Shown one piece after another: positions 1-11,392 of a stretch of 44,367 nt of DNA. Where the stretch lies: the NCBI GenBank assembly GCA_002269645.1, contig NIVC01004489.1:1-44367 (forward strand). The letters are read 5' to 3'. How positions within the stretch are numbered: the stretch's first letter is position 1; every line of letters starts with the position of its first letter. The position numbers and the translations under genes are program-made. Below the pieces are notes generated by a model, which did not search any database, was not told where the DNA came from, and was given only the letters and a program-made list of their open reading frames with translations. Source of the stretch: Macrostomum lignano. Lineage: Eukaryota.

Positions 1-2871
1 GTGTGTAAGCCTCGCCCTCTGTTCGATAATACCGATTCGCTTCCCGTTCAATTCGAATCACTCTCTCGCAGTCGGCCAGGTAAGTCAGCGAGCAGGCTAG
101 GAAGGCGCCGCCACCAGCACGGACACGAAACAGCAGCAGTACATGGCCAGCTGCAGGGCGCTGAATTTCACAGCTACCGAGGCCGAGTTTTTGGCAATCA
201 GATCCGACGCCAGGCCAACCAGGTAAGGCGAACCGGCGTCTCCCAGCAGGTGGCTGGCCAATATATTGATACTAGTAGCCATTGACCGCCTGGTTGGCAC
301 CGTCACTCTCAGTGTGATCTCATTAACCAGAGCCCAGTTCAAGCACAGCAGCAACTCCGTGGCGAACATCAGCACCAAGGTTAGGTACACGCTAACTGGC
401 ACCAGGTACAGGGTGGCCCACAGGAACGGGCCAGCCAGCAACAGGCCTGCGCCGTTCACAATGGGATCAATATTCGGCATTCGATGGCGCAGCCGCCTGG
501 CGATCTCGCTGCCCAGCGCCACCCCGGCGATGCCAGCCACGCAGGTGACAATGCCGAAGCCCAGGGCGGCTTGGTCGGGTTTAACTGGGCCGCCGCGCAA
601 TTGCAGATCCAAGTCCAGCATCAGCGGAGTCCACCAGGTCAGGGCGCCGGCTACGAAGGCAACAGCGGTGAAGCCGAGGGTGTTGAGCATGAAGCTGCGA
701 TTGCGCAGCAGATGGCGGACATCGTCCCGCCAGGAGGTGGCGTGCATGTGCGTGGATTTCTCGGCTTGGCGCGCAGGCCGGCTCCCGGAACTGGAGCAGC
801 AGCAACAGGACGCAGACCACGCCTTGGAAAGGGTTTGGGAGATTCTGATAAGATCTACCTGAAGATTTCATTACTCAACCTGAAGATTTCAATAATCTAC
901 CTGAAGATTTCAATAATCTACCTGCAGATCTACGTGAAGATTTCAATAATCTACCTGAAGATTTCAATAATCTACCTGCAGATCTACGTGAAGATTTCAA
1001 TAATCTACCTGAAGATTTCAATAATTTACCTGAAGATTTCAATAATCTACCTGAAGATTTCAATAATCTACCTGCAGATCTACGTGAAGATTTCAATAAT
1101 CTACCTGAAGATTTCAATAATCTACCCGAAGATTTCAATAATCTATCTGAAGATTTCATTTATCTACCTGAAGATTTCATTTATCTACCTGAAGATTTCA
1201 ATAATCTACCTGAAGATTTCAATAATCTACCTGAAGATTTCAATAATCTACCTGAAGATTTCAATAATCTACCTGAAGATTTCAATAATCTACCCGAAGA
1301 TTTCAATAATCTACCCGAAGATTTTAATAATCTACCTGAAGATTTCAATAATCTATCTGAAGATTTCATTTATCTACCTGAAGATTTCATTTATCTACCT
1401 GAAGATTTCAATTATCTACCTGAAGATTTCATTTATCTACCTGAAGATTTCAATTATCTACCTGAAGATTTCAATTATCTACCTGAAGATTTCAATAATC
1501 TACCTGAAGATCTACGTGAAGATTTTATTAATCTACCTGAAGATTTCAATTTAATCTACCTGAAGATTTCAATAATCTACCTGAAGATTTCAATAATCTA
1601 CCCGAAGATTTCAATAATCTACCTGAAGATTTCAATAATCTATCTGAAGATTTCATTTATCTACCTGAAGATTTCATTTATCTACCTGAAGATTTCAATT
1701 ATCTACCTGAAGATTTCATTTATCTACCTGAAGATTTCAATTATCTACCTGAAGATTTCAATTATCTACCTGAAGATTTCAATTATCTACCTGAAGATTT
1801 CAATAATCTACCTGAAGATTTCAATAATCTACCTGAAGATTTCAATAATCTACCTGAAGATATACGTGAAGATTTTATTAATCTACCTGACGATTTCAAT
1901 AATCTACCTGAAGATTTCAATTTATTCTACCTGAAGATTTCAATTTATTCTACCTGAAGATTTCAATAATCTACCTGAAGATTTCAATATCTACCTGAAA
2001 ATTTTATTAATCTACCTGAAAGTCCAATAATCTACCTGAAGATTCGGAGATAATCTACCTGAATATACCGAGATAATCTATCTGAGGATCCAGATACTAT
2101 TACAGAGATCCAGCAGCAGGATAATAAGCCCTTTAACAACCTCAATCCTCTTGAACAGCAAAACAACAATCCTAAAACTTGAAACTCACCAAGACCTGGC
2201 GTGACCCGTAGCGCTGATCTCCAGCTATCGGCTGCCTGAGCCACCTGGCCGCCAACCACGTAGCCCAGACCGCTGCCCAGGGGTACCTGCAGATTGAACA
2301 CAATCAATGCCACGGTGCGAGCGTCGCCCACAAACAAATCGGCCACAATAGGTGTTGACACCGTAATATAAGAGGCTTCGCCAATGCCAACTAGGCAACG
2401 GGTTAGCAGGAACAGGCCGAACTGGTTCTTAGGCACGAACGAACTGGCCAAAGTGACCGCAGACCAGGCGAGCACACCGCCAATCATGATGGTCTTGCGG
2501 CTCCACAGACTGCCAGGACTGCCGCGATCGCCCAAGTAGCCAAATAACGGACTAAGCAGCATGTAGGATACAATAAATGAAGTCTGCAATAATCCAGCTT
2601 CACTATTGTCTATTTTGTAATCTTTTTCGATTCGATCGAGTACTGCTGCTACGGTGAATCTGTCCATATAGTTGAGCAAATTAATGCAGCACAGTACAGC
2701 AATTGAGATCAGAGCTTCGGATTTGCTGATTGTTGGCTGACTGCCAGATGAGTTGTCTATGGTTGAGCCATCAGCGGTGGTCACCTGCGCATCGTCCTGC
2801 AGGTCGACGTGATCAACTTCTTCATTGTCAGTGATTGAGGCAGTCTGACTAGCGTCAATGTAAGCAGACAT
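1..2871 (-). CDS. spin: Spinster-family (SPNS) MFS transporter; exon 1 2871-2190, exon 2 822 to <1 (3' end outside window); two apparent 1-bp frameshifts in exon 2
   Basis: Spinster motifs: INLLNYMDRFTVAAVL, GLLQTSFIVSYMLLSPLFGYLGDR, RCLVGIGEASY, GSGLGYVVG, WRSALRVTPGLG, REP, SW..D..HLLRNRSF.LNTLGFTAVAFVAGAL, NWALV, SHLLGDAGSPYLVG. Phase-1 donor CTTG|GTGAGT (2190/2189) and acceptor TTCCAAG|GC (823/822) join to TPGLGVVCVLLLLLQFREP. Frame changes near 775 and near 115 (restored reading VLGGGAFLACSLTYLAD). Confidence 0.93.
823..2189 (-). other. GT-AG intron of the Spinster gene (1367 bp)
   Basis: GTGAGT donor and pyrimidine-rich CCAAG acceptor in the same phase; splicing restores continuous Spinster homology. 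Confidence 0.88.
849..2090. repeat. Intronic 21-bp minisatellite (AATAATCTACCTGAAGATTTC)n, roughly 55 units with variants
   Basis: Directly visible tandem array, including variants with a CAGATCTACGTG insertion; degenerates at both ends. Confidence 0.97.
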
Positions 2872-5800
2872 GCTGATGACTAGATAGTCTGGGATTTGTT
2901 TGGGACATGAGAATATTGGGAGAAAATATAGAACTTTTATAAGGTTTTTATAACAATATTTTGTTTTAACCTTTTTGTTTTGTTTTTTTTATTTTAAGAG
3001 TATTCTAACAAAGTTTTTAATGTATTTTGAATCAATTTTTATGAGATAGCAAAGTAAAAAAATTGCACAAAATCTCCAAGATGCCATTTTTGAGAAAAGT
3101 ATTGATAGTATCTATTATTTTGAAAAGATTTAAAAAAGAGATTTGATTTTAGATATTTAGGGAATTACTTCAATCTTCATCAAAAGAACACAAAAGATTA
3201 AACAAAAGAATTATGGATTACAAAGAAACTAGCTATACCCTATCAGAATATTTTTTCTGTATAATAAACTTAACCAGAGTTCTCCAACAATGACAATATA
3301 AAATAGCTTCAATGAGCATACTTGATTTCTCTATGATCTTTGTATAAGTCACATAGTCACTTTTGGTATATTTATAAGATATAATAATATATCATAGTCT
3401 AAAACATAACTTAAAAATTAATTAAAATAATTATTATGTCTATACAACTTTTTATAGGTTTCAATAATGCTAGAAATATAGATAAGATAAAATGAAAATT
3501 TAATAATAATTTAATTCGATTTTAGTATAAGTCAGTAAGACAAATTAATAAGTTAATTAGTAATTAAGTACCTTATGATTATGCTCTAGGATTCTAGCTA
3601 TACAAAATGAAACCCTAGGAAAAGTTTTATAAGACTTGGAATGTGAGGACATATTGTAGAGTGCTATATCTCCCAAGAAAAGTCATACAAATTGTTAACA
3701 TACTACTTATAAATTTTATTCAGTAATATAGCAAAGAGCACGTACAAAAATAAGTATTGAACCATGACTACACTTATGTTAACCAATCGAAACTGCAAAA
3801 AAGTTGGTCATGTTATTTTAGTAACCAACCAATCACTCGTGACCCACAATTGTCAAGTCTAACCCTATCTGCAATTCATCATCTGGCTTGCACCCAGTCT
3901 GCACCAAGCAAACCAATCAAACGCTACAGAAAAACACCAGATATGGTAACCAATCATTTGTGCTTACACTAGAATAGTTGCACAACTTTCTGCCCTGTCA
4001 TGCTTGACAGCGGCCAGAAGCTGAACCTTTGACATTTTCAGAAATTGTACCCAGTGCACAATTAATAACCCCATGAGGGTCTGATTGCCTATAAATACAA
4101 GTGGTCCGGAATGGACCCAGAGCCAACAACTTCTCCAAGAGAGAGAAGCTCCAAAGAGGAAGCCATAGTTGGACTTCCTGGAATCAAGTCAACCGAGCCT
4201 TGGTTGAGTTCTTGTGGTAAGCCTTACTCATTTGTGCCCATTGTGTGAGACATCTTGCTTAAGTCTAGTGTGACTTGAGTTTGTTTGAGTCTGTTGAGAC
4301 TCTTGAGTCTAGTTAGACTCCACTGGTTGCAGTCTCCAGAAGGACTGCCCCTGATATATCTTAGAAGACTATCAGTGGTTTCTGGAGCTATACCTAGAGT
4401 GCATAGAGGCACTGCTAGAAGGAGTAGGCTTATATTAAATGGCAGTTTGGCTCAGGGTACCCATTGTTAATTTGGAAGCTTCCTATTGGTCCGAATGACA
4501 GATTCTGGCCAGAACTAACTTCTACAGAAGAGAAGAAGGAAACTCGGACCTGATCTATACCTGAAGACGTCTAGAAGTCTACAAGATCTACTGAGAGATC
4601 TATAGTTGAGAACTACTCAAGGATGAGAGCTACGAATCTAGATTAAAGGTAATTGAATACCTTCAGTTGACTTACTGGGTTGCCTAGCTACAGAGCTAGA
4701 AGTGATTGCTCCTTGATTATTGGAAGTTGGGTAATAAGGAACATCAATATAGAGGCTTTGCATGTTAGCACTAGAGCTTGGTAATCAAAAAAATATGACA
4801 TACTAACCCAACTAGCTTTGGGTACTCTGACCATTCAGCTAGGCAAAGCTACAATTAAGCAAGTCTTTAGTAAGCTATTGAACTTCTTAACAAAAAATTC
4901 AACAAGCTTAGTAAATTGTTGATTGATGCCTACCTTTTTGTTTGATACTATGTACACTAATCTGGGCTAGCTAGTGAAAAGAGTCTATAACCTGCAAAAA
5001 CTTTCCATTGACAAATGTCTACATTCAGTCAGCTAGGAAGGCTTGCTAGCATTTATAGAATTCCTTCAATAGCAAAAAAATGCTAATAAGGCCAAGAAAG
5101 ATGCATAAAACAGATAGAAGAGCAGCTTGCTGCTAAGATTGAAGTAAACAAAAAGAAGATAGAATTAGAAGTTGCTAAAAAGTTGGCTACAGAGCATGAA
5201 AAATTGAAGCTAAGAAGCAAGCTACTTTAGCTATGCTACTTGAGTACTAGAAGAAAATTGTTAAAAGAGCAAGAGGCCAGAGCTCTATATGATGATGCCA
5301 AGTTACTAAAGAGAAAGTTGATGACTCAAGATAAGCTAGCTGCAAAAGTGCTGAAAAAAGCTGCAAGGATGATATACAAAACAAATTAATGCTGCTTTTT
5401 TCATCAAAATTGTTATGTCATTTTCAATTTTGATATGCCATTGGCATTAAATATAAAATAGCACTTTGTAAGTTCATATTACTGTTTCTTTTTAGGATAA
5501 TATTTGAACAAATTTAAAAGCAAAACTGAAATTTAAATTGGGGATTCAGCATTAGCAATTTGGCAATGGCATAATGGCAAAAATCATTTAAGCCATTGTA
5601 GCATACGAGGCTCGTAATAGCATCAAAATCATTATGTCATTTTTAGTTTTGACATTTCATGGCATGCCTATGACACAAAAAAACCTAGCTGCTATGCAAA
5701 TCACTAACAAACAAAAAATGGTATAAATTAGTAACAATTAAGATAATATTATACATTGTGATAGAAGCCAGGTGGGATAAGATGATTGGGATCCCAGCCA

Positions 5801-5974
5801 ATATTAGGGCCTAGTATCCTAGATTTGTTATTGTACAAATAGAAAGGAATTGAGATAAAGCAAAAAATAATTAAAAACTACCATATTTGGCTTATAAAAA
5901 GCAATAACTACAATCTTTGCTAGTTTAAATTATTAATATATTATCCATTAATTCCATTATCTAACTGATAATAA

Positions 5975-6555
5975 TATTATAGCATTTCTTGGTCAATTTG
6001 GTCCTAGAAGCAGTCAATTTAATCTGCAATAGAGAACTCCAATTCAATTTGCTAACACTAGAGATCATACATGCGCAACCTCCGAAATTCGGTTGGCCAT
6101 GCGACTTAGTTTTAACAAAAATGCGACGTAGTTTTTGGCCAAAAATGCGACTTACATGTAAAAAACCCTAAAGCAAAATTAATGCAACTTTGGGTAAATG
6201 GCAGAATAACTATGACGGTCTTATTAAGCCAAAATGCCTCGTCAGCTACTTAGTACTACTACTTGGTTATTTTTTTGGGTGGGCATTTTTGCGACTTCCT
6301 TGGTTGGCTGCCAAATCGGTCGGCCGACTGTTGCGCATGTATGCTAGAGATATGTCTATGGCCAAATAGACTATTTTGTTTTACTTAATTTAAAATAAAT
6401 ACACAAAATAAGTGCCCCCAGGATTAAATTGAGTGGAATGAAACAGCATATTCGCCATAGACATATCTTTAGTAATGGCAGAATGAATTGGAATTTACTA
6501 TTTCAGATTTAATTGAGTGCTTCTAGGACCAAATTAACTGGGAAATGTTATAATA
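5975..6555. mobile_element. Palindromic MITE with ~100-bp imperfect inverted arms; left arm interrupted by a hAT MITE
   Basis: Left AATTTGGTCCTAGAAGCAGTCAATTTAATCTG...CTAGAGATATGTCTATGGC matches the reverse complement of right GCCATAGACATATCTTTAG...CAGATTTAATTGAGTGCTTCTAGGACCAAATT. Outer limits are approximate and no clear TSD was found. Confidence 0.7.
6066..6343. mobile_element. hAT-superfamily MITE (278 bp)
   Basis: Perfect 14-bp TIR CATACATGCGCAAC / GTTGCGCATGTATG; perfect 8-bp TSD CTAGAGAT at 6058-6065 and 6344-6351. Confidence 0.9.
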
Positions 6556-7205
6556 GTGTAACAGATGCCTTGCCTTCAAGTTTATATTATACAATTTTGC
6601 CAAACATGCAAAAAACTAAGAAACACAATTTGTTATATATATATTTTTCAAGATATTTTTGCAAATTAATTTTTGTTTAAAACTACTAAAAAATTTAGTA
6701 TAAATAGATGCAATCTAAGCCAAGGAGAGAGCAATTTGCTCTAGTGCAGTTCCTAAGAAAGAAGTAATCAGTGAGCATACTAAGAAAGGTGTGTTCTAAG
6801 CAAATATAAGTGAAGCCGTTTTCTGAGTTATTCATTTGTAAAAGTAAGAGGAAAGTAAACTGAAGTATATACACTATATACTACTAAAAAGTAGAAGTAG
6901 TAAAAGAATACAAAGTAGATCCTAAATCAATATATATAAGAATAACTGGAGGCTATGACCCTCTGATTTCAGTTACGTCTAGGATTTGGAAAATATATGC
7001 AATATATATACCAGTAAGCCAATGGCAATATACCACCCAGGCCAAATTACTAATAAAATGCTACCAGAATAACAGAAAAACAATACTTGTAAAAGCTAAA
7101 TGGTATTCCAAGAATTATACTTAGACAAATACTCAGATATATTCTAAAAAATAATATTATTTAATAGACTCATTCTAAGATTAATAAACTCATAATTTAT
7201 TAATA

Positions 7206-8505
7206 CAAGGGTTGTTCGGAAAGTCCAGAATCAAACATGCATATATTTTTTGAGTCACTACTTTGTCTTGAAACTTTATACCATAGACAAATATCATACC
7301 CTGAATGTTTTAAATCAAGTGGTCTTGTTTAAGCCAGGAATTTCCTTCTTGCAGTGTTTTTAGTCACACACGAATTCCATCACTATGCTGAATAACGAAA
7401 AAGCAAAGCAAAGTATCATTTGGTTTTTGTGGAAACAAGGAAAGCAACAGGCAGAAATTCTTTGCAAGTTGCAAGCAATGTATGGCAAATGTGCACCATC
7501 AAAAACAATGGTCAACAAGAAGGTGCAGCATTTTGAAGATGGCTGGGAGATAGTCAATGACCTTCCACAGAATGGCTAGCCTGCCACCACGGTCAACAGG
7601 TCAAACATTGAGCTTGTGCATCGTGCTCTAGATGTTGACTGCCGAGCTACAGTGCGAGAGTTGTCAACCATTACTGGCATCTCATCAATGGCCATTCATT
7701 CAATCTTGATGGTTAAGCTCAGTATGTCATGCATTGTTGCTCATTGGGTCCCGAAACTTCTGACTGACCAGCAGCAGCGAGAGCGGGTCCAGGTGTGTTG
7801 GCAGCTCCTCCAGTCATATCGCAGTGATCCCAACTTTTTGGACCAGATTGTGACTGGGGATGAATCCTTGTTTCATTATAGTGAGCCAGAGTCCAAGATG
7901 CAGAGCAGTGTATAGAAGGCCAGCCATGAGCCCACACCTGTCAAGGCCCTGACTGCACCTTTAGCTGGAAAGCAAATGGCCACCATCTTCTAGGACAAGG
8001 AGGGTTTTCTGCTCATTGAATGGCTTCCTTGTGGTGCCACAATAAACAGTGAGTACTACATCTAAGTCCTGCAGAAGTTGCGTGAAGCCATCAAGGCCCA
8101 GCGGCGTGGCAAACTGAGCCATGGTATCCTGCTTCAGTACGACAATGCCAGGCCGCACACCAGCTAGGCAACAATGGCTGCCATTTCGGACCTGGGCTTT
8201 GAAGTGCTGCCACACCCACCCTACTTGCTGGACCTCGCACCCAGTGACTTCTGGCTATTCAGAGAGATGAAAAAACCTTCCGAGGTTGCCAGTACAGCTC
8301 TCTATAGCATCGGCCATCAGCCAGTAGGTCAGGGGGTCACCTGCCGATTTCTATGCTTCTAGCATTGAGAAGTTGCCTGAGAGGTAGCACAAATGCATAA
8401 GCCTCAAAGGTGCCTACATTGAGAAGCAGGAAGAGTAGTGTTATATTTGTTCAATCCCTTAAATTGTTAGACACTTTTGATTGTGGACTTTCCAAACAAC
8501 CCTTG
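7206..8505 (+). mobile_element. Full-length mariner (Tc1/mariner) DNA transposon, 1300 bp
   Basis: 27-bp TIRs CAAGGGTTGTTCGGAAAGTCCAGAATC / GATTGTGGACTTTCCAAACAACCCTTG (2 mismatches); TA TSD at 7204-7205 and 8506-8507. Confidence 0.96.
7385..8438 (+). pseudogene. Mariner transposase pseudogene (7 premature stops, frame disruption near 8270-8310)
   Basis: Motifs WVPKLL, IVTGDES, F*DKEG (FWD), YDNARPH (HDNA), HPPYLLDLAPSDF (YSPDLAPSDF) and R*HKCISLKGAYIEK; stops at 7577, 7913, 7991, 8063, 8165, 8325, 8385. Confidence 0.95.
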
Positions 8506-8597
8506 TAGAATAATCTTGGTAGCAGCTACTAACATTGAGAACACGCAAGATTAGTATAATAAATTTAGCCATAGTACAACTTAGTGACAACAGTAGA

Positions 8598-8864
8598 TAG
8601 GGGTGGATTTAGGGTGGGGGGCAGCTGCCCCCCAAAATAGCTTAACCAAACCAAACATTGTGCCCCCAAAAAAACCTAAATTTGTGCCCCATAATGTGAT
8701 TTTTTGCCTGCAAACACCTTTATAGCACTTTTAAGCTTGATTTTTTGCCCTTTATGCACATTTTTAGCACTCCCTAGCTTAAAAATTGGCATCCCTTACA
8801 CTTATGTTGGCGCCTCAAACTTGGACTGCCCCTCCCCCAAAATGAAACTCTGGATCTGCCACTG
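8598..8864. mobile_element. Degenerate hAT-type MITE
   Basis: Ends TAGGGGTGGATTTAG and CTGGATCTGCCACTG resemble the CAG(G/T)GGCGGAT TIR type; flanking 8-mers ACAGTAGA / ACAATAGG match at 6 of 8. Confidence 0.5.
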
Positions 8865-10231
8865 ACAATAGGCCTTAGAATATTCATAGTAAGAACAATC
8901 ATCACTTTAATAACTCTAAAAGCATTTAGGACAATTTATAGAAATAGAAGCAAATCCCTAACACAACTTTGGTGACTTACTAGATTTCTAGAGAGAGCTA
9001 AAAGGCCTGTTTCAACTTTGGTGGCATTTTGAAATTATTTATAAAGACAGAAGTTAAGCCCTACGATAATAGCCTAGCTTCTATTTCTATTCTAGTAATC
9101 TAGTTGGATAAAAATATAAGTCCATTTTAGCCAAACATAATTTAATATTAGGATATAAATTAAAAAGATGGCCTAGTGAACTAGTCTAGCCTAGGCCTAA
9201 GCATAGCTGCATAGGCATCCAGGCATAATGGACATAAGCCTAGTCAAATGAAGTAATTTACTTAGCTCTAGTCTTAGAACAATTTGGTAGAATTTTAGGC
9301 CCTATGTAGGCCCTAATTTTTACACTTAAATATTAATATTATTATTAAGTCATTTTGGTGTTTTGCTGGTACTTATTTAAATTTAAATCATGTATAGTTT
9401 AGGCCTAGGAGGCCTTGTGTGAACATGAACACTGAAATTGAAAGAGGCCAGAGGGTGTTACTGAGCTTTCTCGATATAGTTTAAGAGTCTAAGACCATGA
9501 TGCGGACTGACTGAAAGTGAAAAAGTAGCCTTATAAAAATATTCTGCATTCGAATTTTTCAACAATTTAATTCAGTTTAGGCCAGATATATTTCTGCTAA
9601 TTTCATTCAGATAATCCATGTTTGTGTCTGCTCGTGTCTTGTCTTAATCTTAAATAAAGTGGTCTGTTTTCTTCCTTGTGACGTTGTGTAGCATTCCATG
9701 AAACAGAAAATTAAAAGAGGCGTTGGTGCTGACCGTTTTTGCGCGCGTGCTTTTCTAGGATTTAGGTGGATTAATTTCCCGCGAATTAGGATCTATAATT
9801 TGATTTATAAATTTTAAATTCTACCACAAAACCACTGAGCAACCACTGCATGCAATTAGCTCAATTGGGGTCGGGGGGGGGGTTGAAAGAAAAAGGCTCT
9901 GTGCCGTGGGTTTTAGTAGTAGTAGTAGTAAATTTGGCTCAGGCTTAAGGAGCCTGTTATGCCAGTATGATCCGATTTATTTATTCAAAAGGTTAAATTT
10001 TACACGGTCGCTGAAAACGAGTACTACACGATAGTAGTAGTAAGTAGTAGTAGTAAGTTGGCTCAGGCAAGAAGCCTGTTTGGCCAGTATATTTCTGTGT
10101 ATTTAAGTTATTTTAGCATTAGTTGTTTAATTACGATTAAGTTCAAAAGGTTAAATTTGTTCAAAAGGTTAAATTTTTACACGATTTACGATGCGAGTTA
10201 CGATATTTGTAAAATAATTAAGGTATTTGAA

Positions 10232-10727
10232 AGAGCGTTTTTTGTAAAAAGATATAGTATTTTGCAAGCGCGCAATATTTCAAAGCGTGAAAAACGAACG
10301 AAAAATGAACAAAAACGAACTTCGAAAGAAATTTACGTTAAACGAATAGCGACGATTTAAATAGGTATTAGATAGGAAACTAATTAAATATTAATTAAAT
10401 GCTAATTAAATAGGAAATTAAAAAGACAGTAAATGAATAAACAAAAGAAAAGAAAAGCGGATTTATTACACTGCTGATATGTCTGTTTCAGTTTGCATAA
10501 CTGTTTTAGCTATTCATGACTTCATATATTTTAGCTACACCAGTGAGCTCTTTTCTGACTCTTTTCATTTGTAGCATATCCTAACTTGTGTACTTGCTTG
10601 TCATTTAAGAGGTACTGACAGAAGTTTTTTTTCTGATCTTTTCAGTTTGTGGACATTCGGTCAAGTAGTGTAGGATATCGGAACCATTTCTCGCTCCACA
10701 CAGTCTACATGCTTCATGAGAGAAAAT
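10232..10727 (-). repeat. 3' copy of the LINE terminal direct repeat (partner at 33353-33837)
   Basis: Near-identical to 33353-33837 across the last ORF2 codons and proximal 3' UTR; more diverged toward 10232. Confidence 0.92.
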
Positions 10728-11392
10728 GTTGGGTGTAATTTCGCATTTCAGTTTTAGGAGGGTTGTTAAGAATTTTTTGTTTCTAAAAGTGCATGGAAAG
10801 TAATCTGAAAGGTCGGGCCTGCAGATTTTTTTGTAGAGATAGGCGTTTTTGTAGAGTTTAATATGTTGCTGATTCTCTAGCTTTTGGCTAAGTTCTCTTT
10901 CTCTGTGTATCTTGAGGTGCTTTTTCACTAGGTATTTCTCGTTATTAAAGCTTTGGGAAAGTTTATCTTCAGTTAGTGCTTTAAAGTCTATACTTTCCAG
11001 TTTCTTTAGTACATTTGTTTTCCATGGATTTTTTTGGCTGGTGTTTGAGTAGAAAATTTCTAGAGTCGTTTGGCAGAGTTTTTTGTGTCTAATCTTCAGC
11101 CAGTAGATGAGGTAGGTTTTAGCGATTCGTTGAGAGATTGGAGTAAGCTCAAGTTCTGATGATATCACACTGTTGCTAGCAAATTTTGGTAGATTGAGGA
11201 GATATTTGTAGAACTTCAGCTGAATATTATCAATAGCTTTTGTATCAGACATGGTAGCCAGAGGGCCCCAGAGCTCACAACTGTAAGTGATAACGGGGGT
11301 AACAAGCGCGTCAAATAGTCTGCGAATGAGTGTGATGTCTAGGGACGTATTCTTTACCCTATGGAGTAGGGAAAACATGGCTGTATATCCCT
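10605..11392 (-). pseudogene. LINE ORF2 C-terminal part (post-RT region and zinc finger)
   Basis: LFDALVTPVITYSCELWG, IQLKFYKYLLNL, CRLCGARNGSDILHYLTEC; continues in frame from 29434 once the EnSpm insertion is removed. Confidence 0.88.

Noticed and set aside
484-1554. 356-aa plus-strand ORF with IIYLKIS repeats, and the antisense LKSSGRL ORFs
   Set aside because: Translation of the 21-bp intronic minisatellite plus the antisense of Spinster exon 2; no coding evidence.
2032-2189. C-terminal 52 aa of ORF 2032-2871
   Set aside because: Read-through past the GTGAGT donor into the intron; Spinster homology resumes only at 822.
3757-5390. LTR-like block (TATAAAT at about 4090) followed by a decayed K/E-rich coiled-coil frame at about 5050-5390
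   Set aside because: Probably an old retroelement relic, but no termini, TSD or diagnostic motif could be fixed.
10430-10520. Hammerhead ribozyme in the LINE terminal repeat (by analogy with Penelope pseudo-LTRs)
   Set aside because: No CUGANGA...GAAA core with the required stems found by eye on either strand; a covariance-model search would be needed to exclude other ribozymes.
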